Shown in pieces: positions 48,894 to 57,150 of a stretch of 64,000 nucleotides of DNA (positions within the stretch are counted from its first letter, which is position 1; each line of letters starts with the position of its first letter). Under the pieces are notes generated by a model. It saw only the letters and a list, made by a program, of their open reading frames with translations. It was not told the DNA's origin and did no database searches. Both the position numbers and the translations under genes were made by a program. This DNA comes from an uncultured virus (IMG/VR IMGVR_UViG_2875292628_000003). Lineage: Duplodnaviria; Heunggongvirae; Uroviricota; Caudoviricetes. Where the stretch lies: IMG/VR virus record IMGVR_UViG_2875292628_000003, one strand, 5' to 3'.

Positions 48894-49249
48894 TAGGAAG
48901 TTGCTCTATTACTGAAAATCATCAAAAGCTTTACTAGTATTGCAGTGCCAATCTGATAAGTTGAAAAAATGGTGAAATAGATTATGAATATCCATAATGA
49001 AACGCTTAATGCATCAAAATATGAAGCAACGTTATAGATTCGCCAATCAACAAGAATAATAGTGATCAATACACATGCCATACTTATGAAATACATATAT
49101 CTGATTTCTTTAAATAAGAGGCTTATAGGTACATGACGGAATTGTTTAATATACGCAGCTTTATTCTTGCTATTCCATCCTGTAACAACGGAAAGATAAG
49201 CTAAAAATGCAAGAATTAAGACAATATCAATACCGATTTGAATTTGCAT
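48893..49249 (-). CDS. Three-TM membrane protein (holin-like candidate), 118 aa
   Basis: Start MQIQIG defined by late box and hairpin; three hydrophobic stretches. Confidence 0.55.
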   Translation of the reverse strand: MQIQIGIDIVLILAFLAYLSVVTGWNSKNKAAYIKQFRHVPISLLFKEIRYMYFISMACVLITIILVDWRIYNVASYFDALSVSLWIFIIYFTIFSTYQIGTAILVKLLMIFSNRATS

Positions 49250-49278
49250 AAAAAACACCCTTAATAAGAACTGTATTA

Positions 49279-49319
49279 AGGGTATTGCTTTTGTATATAT
49301 GTAAGCGTGAATGGTTCCA
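49279..49319 (-). promoter_or_regulatory. Late promoter box for membrane protein-baseplate operon
   Basis: TGGAACC-N28-TACCCT; perfect 10-bp hairpin 49257-49283. Confidence 0.75.
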
Positions 49320-49322
49320 TAT

Positions 49323-49351
49323 TTGAAAATAAGAAATGCATGGATTATTAT
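49323..49351 (+). promoter_or_regulatory. Sigma70 promoter for candidate sRNA
   Basis: TTGAAA-N17-TATTAT; predicted +1 near 49358. Confidence 0.65.
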
Positions 49352-49357
49352 ATATAC

Positions 49358-49450
49358 AAAGCCCGCTCCACTTTTGACACGAGAACGTATAGGGTCATAA
49401 GTGTAGGTTAGAAGATGTCGCAACCCATCTCTAACTACCGGGCTTTTTTT
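49358..49450 (+). ncRNA. Candidate ~90-nt structured RNA (three-way junction)
   Basis: Closing stem AAAGCCCG/CGGGCTTT, two internal hairpins, 3' T-tract, upstream promoter. Confidence 0.6.
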
Positions 49451-50390
49451 AATGCACTTCAAAAGCTGTAAGCAGCCATGCATTACTACCTTCTCGCTTA
49501 ATCAATGACGCTTCATGCGAATTAAATACAATATTTATTCTTGTAGATAAACCACGTTCTGTACGCCGTTGTGTACTACCTTGAGCGATTGTTTGCACAA
49601 TAGTATCCACAAGCATATGCACAACTTCATCATATGTCATGCCATCACTTTCCATACGGCGCTTGATAATATGCTTAATACCCTGTTTATCACTGCCATA
49701 CTCAAAATCCACCCAGCCTAAATCATTACGATACATAGCTCTATGCACTGTGGTTTTTTCCATAATGGCTTTGTTCATTGCAGCTTTACCACGTGTGATA
49801 TTTGCTGTAACTGATTTGATTGGACTCGCACTATCAAATTCAGGCTTTCCCAGTTCGGATTGACCAGCCTCCGAACTTATACCAAGTTGTTGCTTAGCAT
49901 GTTCAATTTGTTCTTTCAGCTGGTCACGGTGAGCTATTTGCTTAGCTAAATCCTCATCAAGCTTTTGCTCTTGTTCTTCGACTTCTTTCATTTTCTGATC
50001 TACAGAAGTACGGCGCGGCGGTAAGCTAACTTTTTCACGCTTATTTTGTTCTTGGATTTTAGATTGTGCTTCACGGATAAGTTTAGCAACACAACTTACG
50101 GCGTTTTCAAATGTTGGCTTATAGTCATCACTAAAATCGCCAGATAGAACAATTACTTTATCATTCAGTTCGGCCTTCACTACATCCGCTAATGCACGAA
50201 TATAAAGTGTAAGCGTAGCGCCACCTGAAAAGAAAAATGCAACTGGTAAAACGCTAACACCAGCAACGCGCTTAATTTTGCGAAATTCTGGTGTAACAAT
50301 CGTTTGGCCTGTTGCTTTTTCTAAAGCCGATTGGATCTTTTTAATGTATGGAGTAGTAGCTGTTATAGCTGCAAGATTAAGACTGCCCAT
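49449..50390 (-). CDS. Hdf/DarA-N-like domain fused to PBECR (barnase/EndoU/colicin/RelE-fold) domain
   Basis: N-part KIKRVAGVSVLP..F.FSGG...DVVKAELNDK; C-part AMYRNDLGWVDFEYG..QGIKHII.RR...WLLTAFE; start MGSLNL after GAGG. Confidence 0.65.
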   Translation of the reverse strand: MGSLNLAAITATTPYIKKIQSALEKATGQTIVTPEFRKIKRVAGVSVLPVAFFFSGGATLTLYIRALADVVKAELNDKVIVLSGDFSDDYKPTFENAVSCVAKLIREAQSKIQEQNKREKVSLPPRRTSVDQKMKEVEEQEQKLDEDLAKQIAHRDQLKEQIEHAKQQLGISSEAGQSELGKPEFDSASPIKSVTANITRGKAAMNKAIMEKTTVHRAMYRNDLGWVDFEYGSDKQGIKHIIKRRMESDGMTYDEVVHMLVDTIVQTIAQGSTQRRTERGLSTRINIVFNSHEASLIKREGSNAWLLTAFEVH

Positions 50391-50417
50391 GAAAAATAAC
50401 CTCATATTAATGAGGTT

Positions 50418-50458
50418 ATCTTGTAAGTAAATTTTTTCTAGAAATTACATAAGTTCCA
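50418..50458 (-). promoter_or_regulatory. Late promoter box for hdf/PBECR gene
   Basis: TGGAACT-N28-CAAGAT; perfect 10-bp hairpin 50396-50419 over GAGG. Confidence 0.75.
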
Positions 50459-50478
50459 TTAAATTTCATTTTGTTTAT

Positions 50479-50595
50479 AAATAAAAACCTGCATTTGCAG
50501 GCTTTTATTTTAAATTAATTAGAAGTTAATTTATTTAAAATAAAAACCTGCATTTGCAGGCTTTTATTTTAAATTAATTAGAAGTTAATTTATTT
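50479..50595. repeat. Tandem duplication (2 x 58 bp, period 59) containing a terminator hairpin
   Basis: AAATAAAAACCTGCATTTGCAGGCTTTTATTTTAAATTAATTAGAAGTTAATTTATTT at 50479 and 50538. Confidence 0.95.
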
Positions 50596-51281
50596 CGGAC
50601 GTTCGTTAAACTATGTTGAAACATTTGTAAACCTAATTCAGTAGAAATTTTGACAGGTTCACCATGGTGATATGTTTCAGTGTTAGCGTGATATGTGTTG
50701 CCATTTCCAACAAGATGATTTGTTTCAGCAATCTCTGTTTGCAACATTTGTATTTGATTATTAAGAGTTGTAGACATGATAGGCGCTTCCAAATTATGAA
50801 CTTCTTCTCGTTTAATACTGCAATATTTTACTTCCCCTGCAGTATATTGATCGTATTTAATAGCTTCTAGGACAACAGCTATCGCATTAGGACAATCATG
50901 AATAATATGCTGAGTATGAAAACTCCCCGATCCAATTACAGTAGGAACATTAGTAATGTTTTCTATTGTAAACTCAGTGTCATTTACCATTTTAGAAACT
51001 TTAAGGCAAGAACCACTTAAATAGATTAGTGCAATAAAATCACTATTTGTTTTTTCAAGTATAGATCTCGGAAGCTCAAATTGTGTTTTATTTTGTAAGA
51101 TAAAATCAATAAGGGCCTCGCTAAAATCTCTCATACAAAATAAACATCCAGCCATACCAAATACAATATCGCCCAAACGTTTCACTTTCCTAAAAGGAAT
51201 ATTTAGAGTAACTTCTGTACGATTTACTGTAAAGGCTATGTCGGAAGCCATGAAATGAGTATCATAAGCTGTTGTTGTCAT
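50574..51281 (-). CDS. NTN-hydrolase (HslV/proteasome beta-like) protein
   Basis: MTTTAYD...MASD, FGMAG, IGSGS, A...D.YTAG; RBS spacing favours MTTT start. Confidence 0.7.
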   Translation of the reverse strand: MTTTAYDTHFMASDIAFTVNRTEVTLNIPFRKVKRLGDIVFGMAGCLFCMRDFSEALIDFILQNKTQFELPRSILEKTNSDFIALIYLSGSCLKVSKMVNDTEFTIENITNVPTVIGSGSFHTQHIIHDCPNAIAVVLEAIKYDQYTAGEVKYCSIKREEVHNLEAPIMSTTLNNQIQMLQTEIAETNHLVGNGNTYHANTETYHHGEPVKISTELGLQMFQHSLTNVRNKLTSN

Positions 51282-51474
51282 TAACATAATCCTTAAAACG
51301 CGCGCGAATTATGCATTTATGAATAATATTTTTCAAGAACTATATGATCAATTACATTGGAAATATCAATAAAATTAAGAATTTTATATTTGTCAGTAAA
51401 CTTAAAAAGCCAGCTAATAGCTGGCTTTTTATTAGGGGAGTCCTATTTAGACATCTTTATATTTTGATAAGCCC

Positions 51475-52374
51475 TTATCGATTCACAGGTTCGAAAGGAA
51501 AGCGTTTTAAAACCTTCCCAAGTTCAAGCACCTCATCTTTATGAAGAAAATCCCACAATTGATTAAAGCGTTCACGCAATTGCACAACATTAACTGGTGT
51601 GTGGTGTAGTGAATATTGCTGTACAGAAACTGCTCCGCTTTCTTGAATCGATATCCAAAAGTTTTTAGGTCCTTTTGGAGATTGATACTTTAGCTCCTCA
51701 CCTAATTGCTGTGCAATGTCATAAGCAAGAGGGTTTTCTAATGCTGGATAACGAGCAGCGAGATTATCTACAAACTTTTCTAAACGTTTAAGTGTATCTG
51801 TTTCAGCTGGAACTAGCTCTTGTAACGGCAAGAGCTCAAGATACTGCTTCGCCTCATCAAAATGGATTGAAAGCAATTGGCTATATTTAGCAATTCCAAA
51901 GTGGCGATTATGACGAATCCACATTGAAGCTCTTAAGCTTCGATCCCTCCCTGCACGGCGATCAACTATCTCGTGCAGTGCATTTTGTTGTTCTGGAGAA
52001 ATGGTTAAGCGTTGGTTTATTGCTTGCCCTTTAGTCCAGTATTCCCACAGCACATCGTCGCACTCTTGCTGGTACATGATCACAGTATCTCGAATTTCGG
52101 GATTAACCTTGTTTGGACTTATAGTCATTAACCATCCAAAAAGCTTACGAACAGGTAAACAAACCATATTGTACTGTTTACCATCTTTTCCAGTTGTCAC
52201 TATTTCAGTGATAACTGAACTAAATCTTTGTTTTAACTTTTCATATTGTGATTGCCATGTGAGGCCCATTCCTTCAACAATTGGGCGCATGGCAGTAAAT
52301 GGCTGATTGTTGAATTCAATAATTACTAAATCAGCACTATGAAAAGGTACATTAATTTGTGTTAAAGTACGCAT
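51475..52374 (-). CDS. Phage antirepressor-like protein, paralogue of 26328..27224
   Basis: P22AR-N motifs; long near-identical C-terminal half; AGGAG RBS before MRTLTQI. Confidence 0.85.
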   Translation of the reverse strand: MRTLTQINVPFHSADLVIIEFNNQPFTAMRPIVEGMGLTWQSQYEKLKQRFSSVITEIVTTGKDGKQYNMVCLPVRKLFGWLMTISPNKVNPEIRDTVIMYQQECDDVLWEYWTKGQAINQRLTISPEQQNALHEIVDRRAGRDRSLRASMWIRHNRHFGIAKYSQLLSIHFDEAKQYLELLPLQELVPAETDTLKRLEKFVDNLAARYPALENPLAYDIAQQLGEELKYQSPKGPKNFWISIQESGAVSVQQYSLHHTPVNVVQLRERFNQLWDFLHKDEVLELGKVLKRFPFEPVNR

Positions 52375-52438
52375 GTTGTTGCTCCTATGCAATGACAGGC
52401 CTCGTTTTCTTTCCACGGACTGCGAGGCTTTTTTGTGG

Positions 52439-53383
52439 TTAAAAATTTACATATTGTTCTTCTGTTAGATTACTTAATAAATTAAAAAAAGTAGGTCGAG
52501 TTTCCTTAGTTAATTTCTGTCTAGGAAATTCACTTAATATTTTGACTGCTTCCACAGGATCTAACTGTGAAGTAAATGGAACTGATAATTGAATAAATGA
52601 TGTTTTATCTGTTTCCAAAGCTGTATCCAGCACATCTTTTACTTCATTGTAGCGCGGCTTCCTTTGCGCGGTTAGGAAAAGTCCATCAAAAATAATATAA
52701 ATCTCGTTTAATCCTGGTAATTGGACTTTCGCAATTGCTCCCATGAGGGGCAAATTAGTTTCAGGCCCGTCATCTCTACTAAACCCATCAGTAGGTGTAC
52801 GATAAGTCGCAAATAAGATTACTTCTTGACAATTAGGTAGCTTCAAATAGTCGAGCAAATTAAGACAATTTCTCGTGGTATTACTTTCGTGATATCTGTG
52901 AGCAATTATTAAATCTTCATTATTGTAGAGCGAGGCAAGATAATTCGCATAGGGTAAATATCTTTGGCAAGATTTGGTTATGTAATCTGATCTAGAGGAG
53001 AAAAGATTTGAGTTATGTACTTTATCTTTTAGAAAGTCATCAATTTTTCGTGTTAAAGATATGGGAATTGTAACGTTAATCTTTTCAGTCTTTTCCGCAT
53101 AGATTGATGTATCAATTGTTATGACATGAAAAAAAACATCTTTATCACGTTTTTTAAATGTTACTGAATTAATTTCAGTCGGCTCAGGAATATCAAGACC
53201 TTGGTCACTTAGAAAATCAAAATACTCAAGCGTCTTCTCATATACCTTCCTAATCACCTCGTCATAACTGGAACCAGTAGCATTAATATTCGGTTTATCA
53301 AAAAGTGCAGCCTCATAAATATCTTTTTTAAAGAAAGACTTAGATTCTGTAATCTTTACAGCAACTGTATAGTTTTTCACCAA
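52439..53383 (-). CDS. hicB: HicB-like antitoxin with C-terminal extension
   Basis: ATGSSYDEV...LDIPEP, KINVTIP..L..KID...SRSDYI (RHH) then ~170 extra aa; no adjacent hicA. Confidence 0.7.
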   Translation of the reverse strand: MVKNYTVAVKITESKSFFKKDIYEAALFDKPNINATGSSYDEVIRKVYEKTLEYFDFLSDQGLDIPEPTEINSVTFKKRDKDVFFHVITIDTSIYAEKTEKINVTIPISLTRKIDDFLKDKVHNSNLFSSRSDYITKSCQRYLPYANYLASLYNNEDLIIAHRYHESNTTRNCLNLLDYLKLPNCQEVILFATYRTPTDGFSRDDGPETNLPLMGAIAKVQLPGLNEIYIIFDGLFLTAQRKPRYNEVKDVLDTALETDKTSFIQLSVPFTSQLDPVEAVKILSEFPRQKLTKETRPTFFNLLSNLTEEQYVNF

Positions 53384-53594
53384 GAACTCCTTTTGAATGA
53401 TATTTCAGATTTTTAGACACCTTTTTTAATAATAGTTCTAAAAAAAATATTGTCAACAAATTTAAAATCAAATAGTTATTAATAAAAATTCAACTTATTG
53501 AAATTATTAATTTTAAATTTATAACCCCAAGATTCCAAAATTAAAGATTTATAGAGTTACAACTCTATACTGTGATTTTATTTGCTTCACTTAC

Positions 53595-53645
53595 GTTAAG
53601 TTAAGTTAAGTTAAGTTAAGTTAAGTTAAGTTAAGTTAAGTTAAG
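53595..53645. repeat. (GTTAA)10 pentanucleotide tract
   Basis: Ten perfect units in the intergenic region. Confidence 0.95.
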
Positions 53646-53663
53646 AATAGATCAAGTTATATG

Positions 53664-53700
53664 AAAAAAAATGCCGTGATAACTATCACGGCGGTTTTTC
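53664..53700. terminator. Intrinsic terminator
   Basis: GCCGTGATA-AC-TATCACGGC flanked by A/T runs. Confidence 0.8.
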
Positions 53701-53718
53701 TTGATCATATTGGAAAAA

Positions 53719-54774
53719 TCACAAACCCTTACATGGATTATTTAGAGGTGTCACAGTAGCAACACTACTTGCACTTCCACCCAATTGTTTATACTTGGCA
53801 AAGCTTTGATTTAGAGTTTTTTGCCCATACTCGATCCGTTGAGCAGCTGCATAACGCCTATCTAAACGAGTGACACCGCTAAAACTTTGTAACCTATCTT
53901 CTTCTTTTAAAACGTCTTGTGCAACTTTAATACTATTTCTTGCACTAACAACATTAGAGGATTCTATAAATAGCTTATAATTATTAGTACTTTTGCATAG
54001 ATTAATTTTTTGTCTATTTTCCCGCTTCTTAGCATCAATTAAACGGGCTTGTTCCTCCCTCTCCGCATCGGCTCGATCTCTTGCTTGTTTTGCTAAACGG
54101 ATTTCTTCTTCCCATTCCTCTTTTTCCCGTTCTTTAGCATTCTTTTTATTAATTGCTTCAATATATTCAGCCTCTCTTAACTCACTAACTTTATTTAAGT
54201 ACTTGTCATAAGCCATCATAAATTTTTCACCACAACTATTGGCAATAAAACGATGGCGCATTTGAAAAGTTTTTACTAGATTGTTTTTGCTATTTTCATC
54301 TAATTCAGGATTATTGATTCTAGCAATGTCAACTAAATCATAATAAATGTCCACATTTACATCTGAAGAACTATATATTCCTTGCTTATATATCAAATTA
54401 TTAAAAATTGAATCTGAATAGGCATCAGGATTTGGCGTTCCCTGTAAGGCTGCAATTTTATATTGTGTATCTAATATTACATTGCCAGTTGTCCTTTTAT
54501 AGAACTTACAACTTTGCTTAGAATCTAAACCATATTTTTCTCGTAAAAGAACATAAAGTTCGTCCATGCCACCATAAGACACTTCAGGGTTTGTACTTAA
54601 TAAATCACAACTAAAAATACAAAGTTCACTAACTACCTTTGTCGAATTAATATTTTCACTGTTGGTAGCAATTATTTGTTTATTCAGAATATCATTAACA
54701 CTTGTAGCAGCTTGAACATAACTTGAAAAAGCTGCCGTAACTAAGAAAGATAATTTTAATAATTTTAAAGTCAT
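53719..54774 (-). CDS. Exported protein with coiled coil, superinfection-exclusion candidate
   Basis: Signal peptide ...SSYVQA; paired Cys; charged helix; low GC; after tape measure. Confidence 0.5.
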   Translation of the reverse strand: MTLKLLKLSFLVTAAFSSYVQAATSVNDILNKQIIATNSENINSTKVVSELCIFSCDLLSTNPEVSYGGMDELYVLLREKYGLDSKQSCKFYKRTTGNVILDTQYKIAALQGTPNPDAYSDSIFNNLIYKQGIYSSSDVNVDIYYDLVDIARINNPELDENSKNNLVKTFQMRHRFIANSCGEKFMMAYDKYLNKVSELREAEYIEAINKKNAKEREKEEWEEEIRLAKQARDRADAEREEQARLIDAKKRENRQKINLCKSTNNYKLFIESSNVVSARNSIKVAQDVLKEEDRLQSFSGVTRLDRRYAAAQRIEYGQKTLNQSFAKYKQLGGSASSVATVTPLNNPCKGL

Positions 54775-54787
54775 ATATATCCCAAAA

Positions 54788-57076
54788 CTAAACGTCTAAT
54801 TTCCCCATTCCAATGCCGCCAGTTAGAGCATGAGCAAGGAAACGATCACTAACATTCTGCCCGATGTTACCATTATTCTGATTTACAACAACAACTTCCT
54901 GTGGGTTAGGAGTATTTAAAGGTTGCTTAAACGGCGTGACATTAGTTAATAATCTATTTTGATTATTTAATGAAGGTTTTGCTTTTGTAGTAGCTTGGGG
55001 AACGATAGCTTTTTGGGTGCTTAAAACACTAGCAACTTTAGCTCTTGTATTTTCCACAATATGACTTGATTTCAAATCTGATACAGCTGGGGTATTTTCT
55101 TTAGGTAGATTAGTTTTCTGTTCCTGAACGGTTTTATCAATGTTAGCTCTGTATTTATATTCCTTTTCTAAATGCGGTCTATAATCAAATGACTGCCCAT
55201 TGCGAAGCTTTGTTTGCCCATACGCCCATCTTACATATTTTGTGCCGAGAACTCGGGCAATATCTTCTTTTGATGCATTTGGGTTATTCTGCATATAAGC
55301 TTTAACCGAAGCATATTCAGGATTCGTTTCGATTTCATGCTTCATAAATGCACCTTGTGCATCTAAAGCTGCTTGGCTCCGTACCATATTACCGTTTGCA
55401 TCAAGTAATCCCCTTTCCTTCATATATGCCGTAAGCCGGTCTTTACGGGCTCCTTGCCAAGAGATCATACCCATATTCGTACCACCAGCTTTATCCTGGT
55501 GTTTACCAAACAGATATTTATCTTGGTAGTCATTTTCCCTACCAACAGAAGCAGTTAAACCAGCAGCCCAATTATCATTAAAACCAGCTCTCTTCATTGC
55601 ATTGTAAACTGCAAGTTGCTTTTCCTTAGTTTTTTCACCAATTGGAGAAACAGTTGAACCATAAGCAGGTACATTTTTATTTGCACCAAAACCCGGCTTA
55701 TAAACTCCTTGCCCAATGCCCCATGTTGGAACACCATCATGAAATGGATTAAATCGGTTAAATTTATCTTTAATGAAATCTAAGGTATCACCAGCAGTAT
55801 CTTTAACTCCGTCTACAACTTTTGAAGCAGTGTTTTTTGCCTGATCAAAAGCATTAGAAGCATAACTTACAAATCCTTTCCAAGCAGTATTAATAATACC
55901 TGGTACATCTGCAGCTATTAATGAATCTGTCCACTCTTTAAAATACGGCGCAACTGCGGTACCAAGTTTATTACCTATCCATGAACCAGCCATACCACCA
56001 ATCAAAGTACCAGCTGGGCCTAATATTGATCCTACCGTGCCACCAATAACGCCCCCAGCAAGACTACCTACAGTACCGCCCTTTTCTTGTGTGCTTTGTT
56101 CATTCCAATCTAATAATGATGCACCAGCAGCCAATGCACCTATTACGGGTAGACCACGGCCAAACTTAAGAAATTTACCTAAGCCCTTTCCTAATTTCCC
56201 TACACCTTTCTTTCCTTTGCCTAGAGCACCACCTAGAAGCCCACCACCAGCAGATAACACGGAAGTAAGCAATTTCCCTAGAGAACCTAACAAACCACCC
56301 TTAGACGCCAAATTATCGGCAATACGCTGCAATAACTTTATTTGTTTGCGGTTATGGTTCTCTTGTTCACGAGGTAATGGCTCATTTCTCTTTTTACTAC
56401 GCATCAATCCAGTTAATGGCCGCAAAGCTAATCCTGCTGCACGGCGTACAGGTGAAAGTAAATGACCAACTTCATTGATTGCGTCAACTGTAGGATCTAC
56501 ACCTTGTGTTGAGTTCGGCATTACTCCTTTAATCGCCGTAGATATCGTTTGGGCAACTTTACGAATTGATGATTGGTTTTGGGGTTCATTAGGGTTTGAT
56601 ACAAAACGGCCTTTTTCGTCACGCTCTGGTACACTAGGATTTACAATTTTTGATAAGTCATCATGACTATTAATTTCTATAGCGGGCTTTCGCCCATTAG
56701 ATTTGTTGATTTGTTTTTTATCTACTGTTTTAAGGTCATTAATTGATTGGTCCAAAACATCAGCAAAGTCTTTGACCAGCTTGTCTGCTACAACAAAAGA
56801 TTGAGTGATTGGATTAGCTTTGTCTTTTAATAAATCTTCAAAATCTAAAGCTTGTCTATTATTGACAGCATTAAGCATCTTTTGAAATTCAGTCAGTTTA
56901 GGCTGAGGCTGTGCAAATTGTGCTTTTTGCTCTTCAAAGCTTTGAGTAAGGATACCAATGATCTTTTCAATGTTTGAATCAATCGTACTAACTTTTTTTT
57001 CAACTCGTTTCATTCCAATGATAAAGCCGAGCTCGTCATAGGATAAAACTGTATCATTGTGATTTGAATTTGCCAT
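54788..57076 (-). CDS. Tape measure-like protein with phage tail lysozyme-like domain
   Basis: Gly-rich hydrophobic segments; AAGLTASVGREN...GMISWQGARKDRL...LDAQ; start MANSNH. Confidence 0.7.
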   Translation of the reverse strand: MANSNHNDTVLSYDELGFIIGMKRVEKKVSTIDSNIEKIIGILTQSFEEQKAQFAQPQPKLTEFQKMLNAVNNRQALDFEDLLKDKANPITQSFVVADKLVKDFADVLDQSINDLKTVDKKQINKSNGRKPAIEINSHDDLSKIVNPSVPERDEKGRFVSNPNEPQNQSSIRKVAQTISTAIKGVMPNSTQGVDPTVDAINEVGHLLSPVRRAAGLALRPLTGLMRSKKRNEPLPREQENHNRKQIKLLQRIADNLASKGGLLGSLGKLLTSVLSAGGGLLGGALGKGKKGVGKLGKGLGKFLKFGRGLPVIGALAAGASLLDWNEQSTQEKGGTVGSLAGGVIGGTVGSILGPAGTLIGGMAGSWIGNKLGTAVAPYFKEWTDSLIAADVPGIINTAWKGFVSYASNAFDQAKNTASKVVDGVKDTAGDTLDFIKDKFNRFNPFHDGVPTWGIGQGVYKPGFGANKNVPAYGSTVSPIGEKTKEKQLAVYNAMKRAGFNDNWAAGLTASVGRENDYQDKYLFGKHQDKAGGTNMGMISWQGARKDRLTAYMKERGLLDANGNMVRSQAALDAQGAFMKHEIETNPEYASVKAYMQNNPNASKEDIARVLGTKYVRWAYGQTKLRNGQSFDYRPHLEKEYKYRANIDKTVQEQKTNLPKENTPAVSDLKSSHIVENTRAKVASVLSTQKAIVPQATTKAKPSLNNQNRLLTNVTPFKQPLNTPNPQEVVVVNQNNGNIGQNVSDRFLAHALTGGIGMGKLDV

Positions 57077-57105
57077 AACAAAAATGCCCCATACTGATAT
57101 AGAGC

Positions 57106-57146
57106 ATTTTTGCAACTTACTAACTATGAATTTATGATGAGTTCCT
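57106..57146 (-). promoter_or_regulatory. Late promoter box for tape measure
   Basis: AGGAACT-N28-AAAAAT; hairpin 57079-57112. Confidence 0.7.
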
Positions 57147-57150
57147 AGAC

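Noticed and set aside
49358..49446. Element as a tRNA or hammerhead ribozyme
   Set aside because: Only two internal arms, no anticodon arm or CCA, no CUGANGA/GAAA core; kept as an unknown structured RNA
49250..49483. N-terminal 78 codons of ORF-track 48893..49483
   Set aside because: Spans the late promoter and RNA element; box and RBS hairpin place the start at 49249
51344..51544. 66-aa plus-strand ORF
   Set aside because: Crosses a terminator and overlaps the antirepressor 3' end antisense; no RBS
53595..53645. Possible CRISPR array
   Set aside because: Pure 5-bp tandem repeat with no spacers and no cas genes; no repeat-spacer pattern noticed elsewhere
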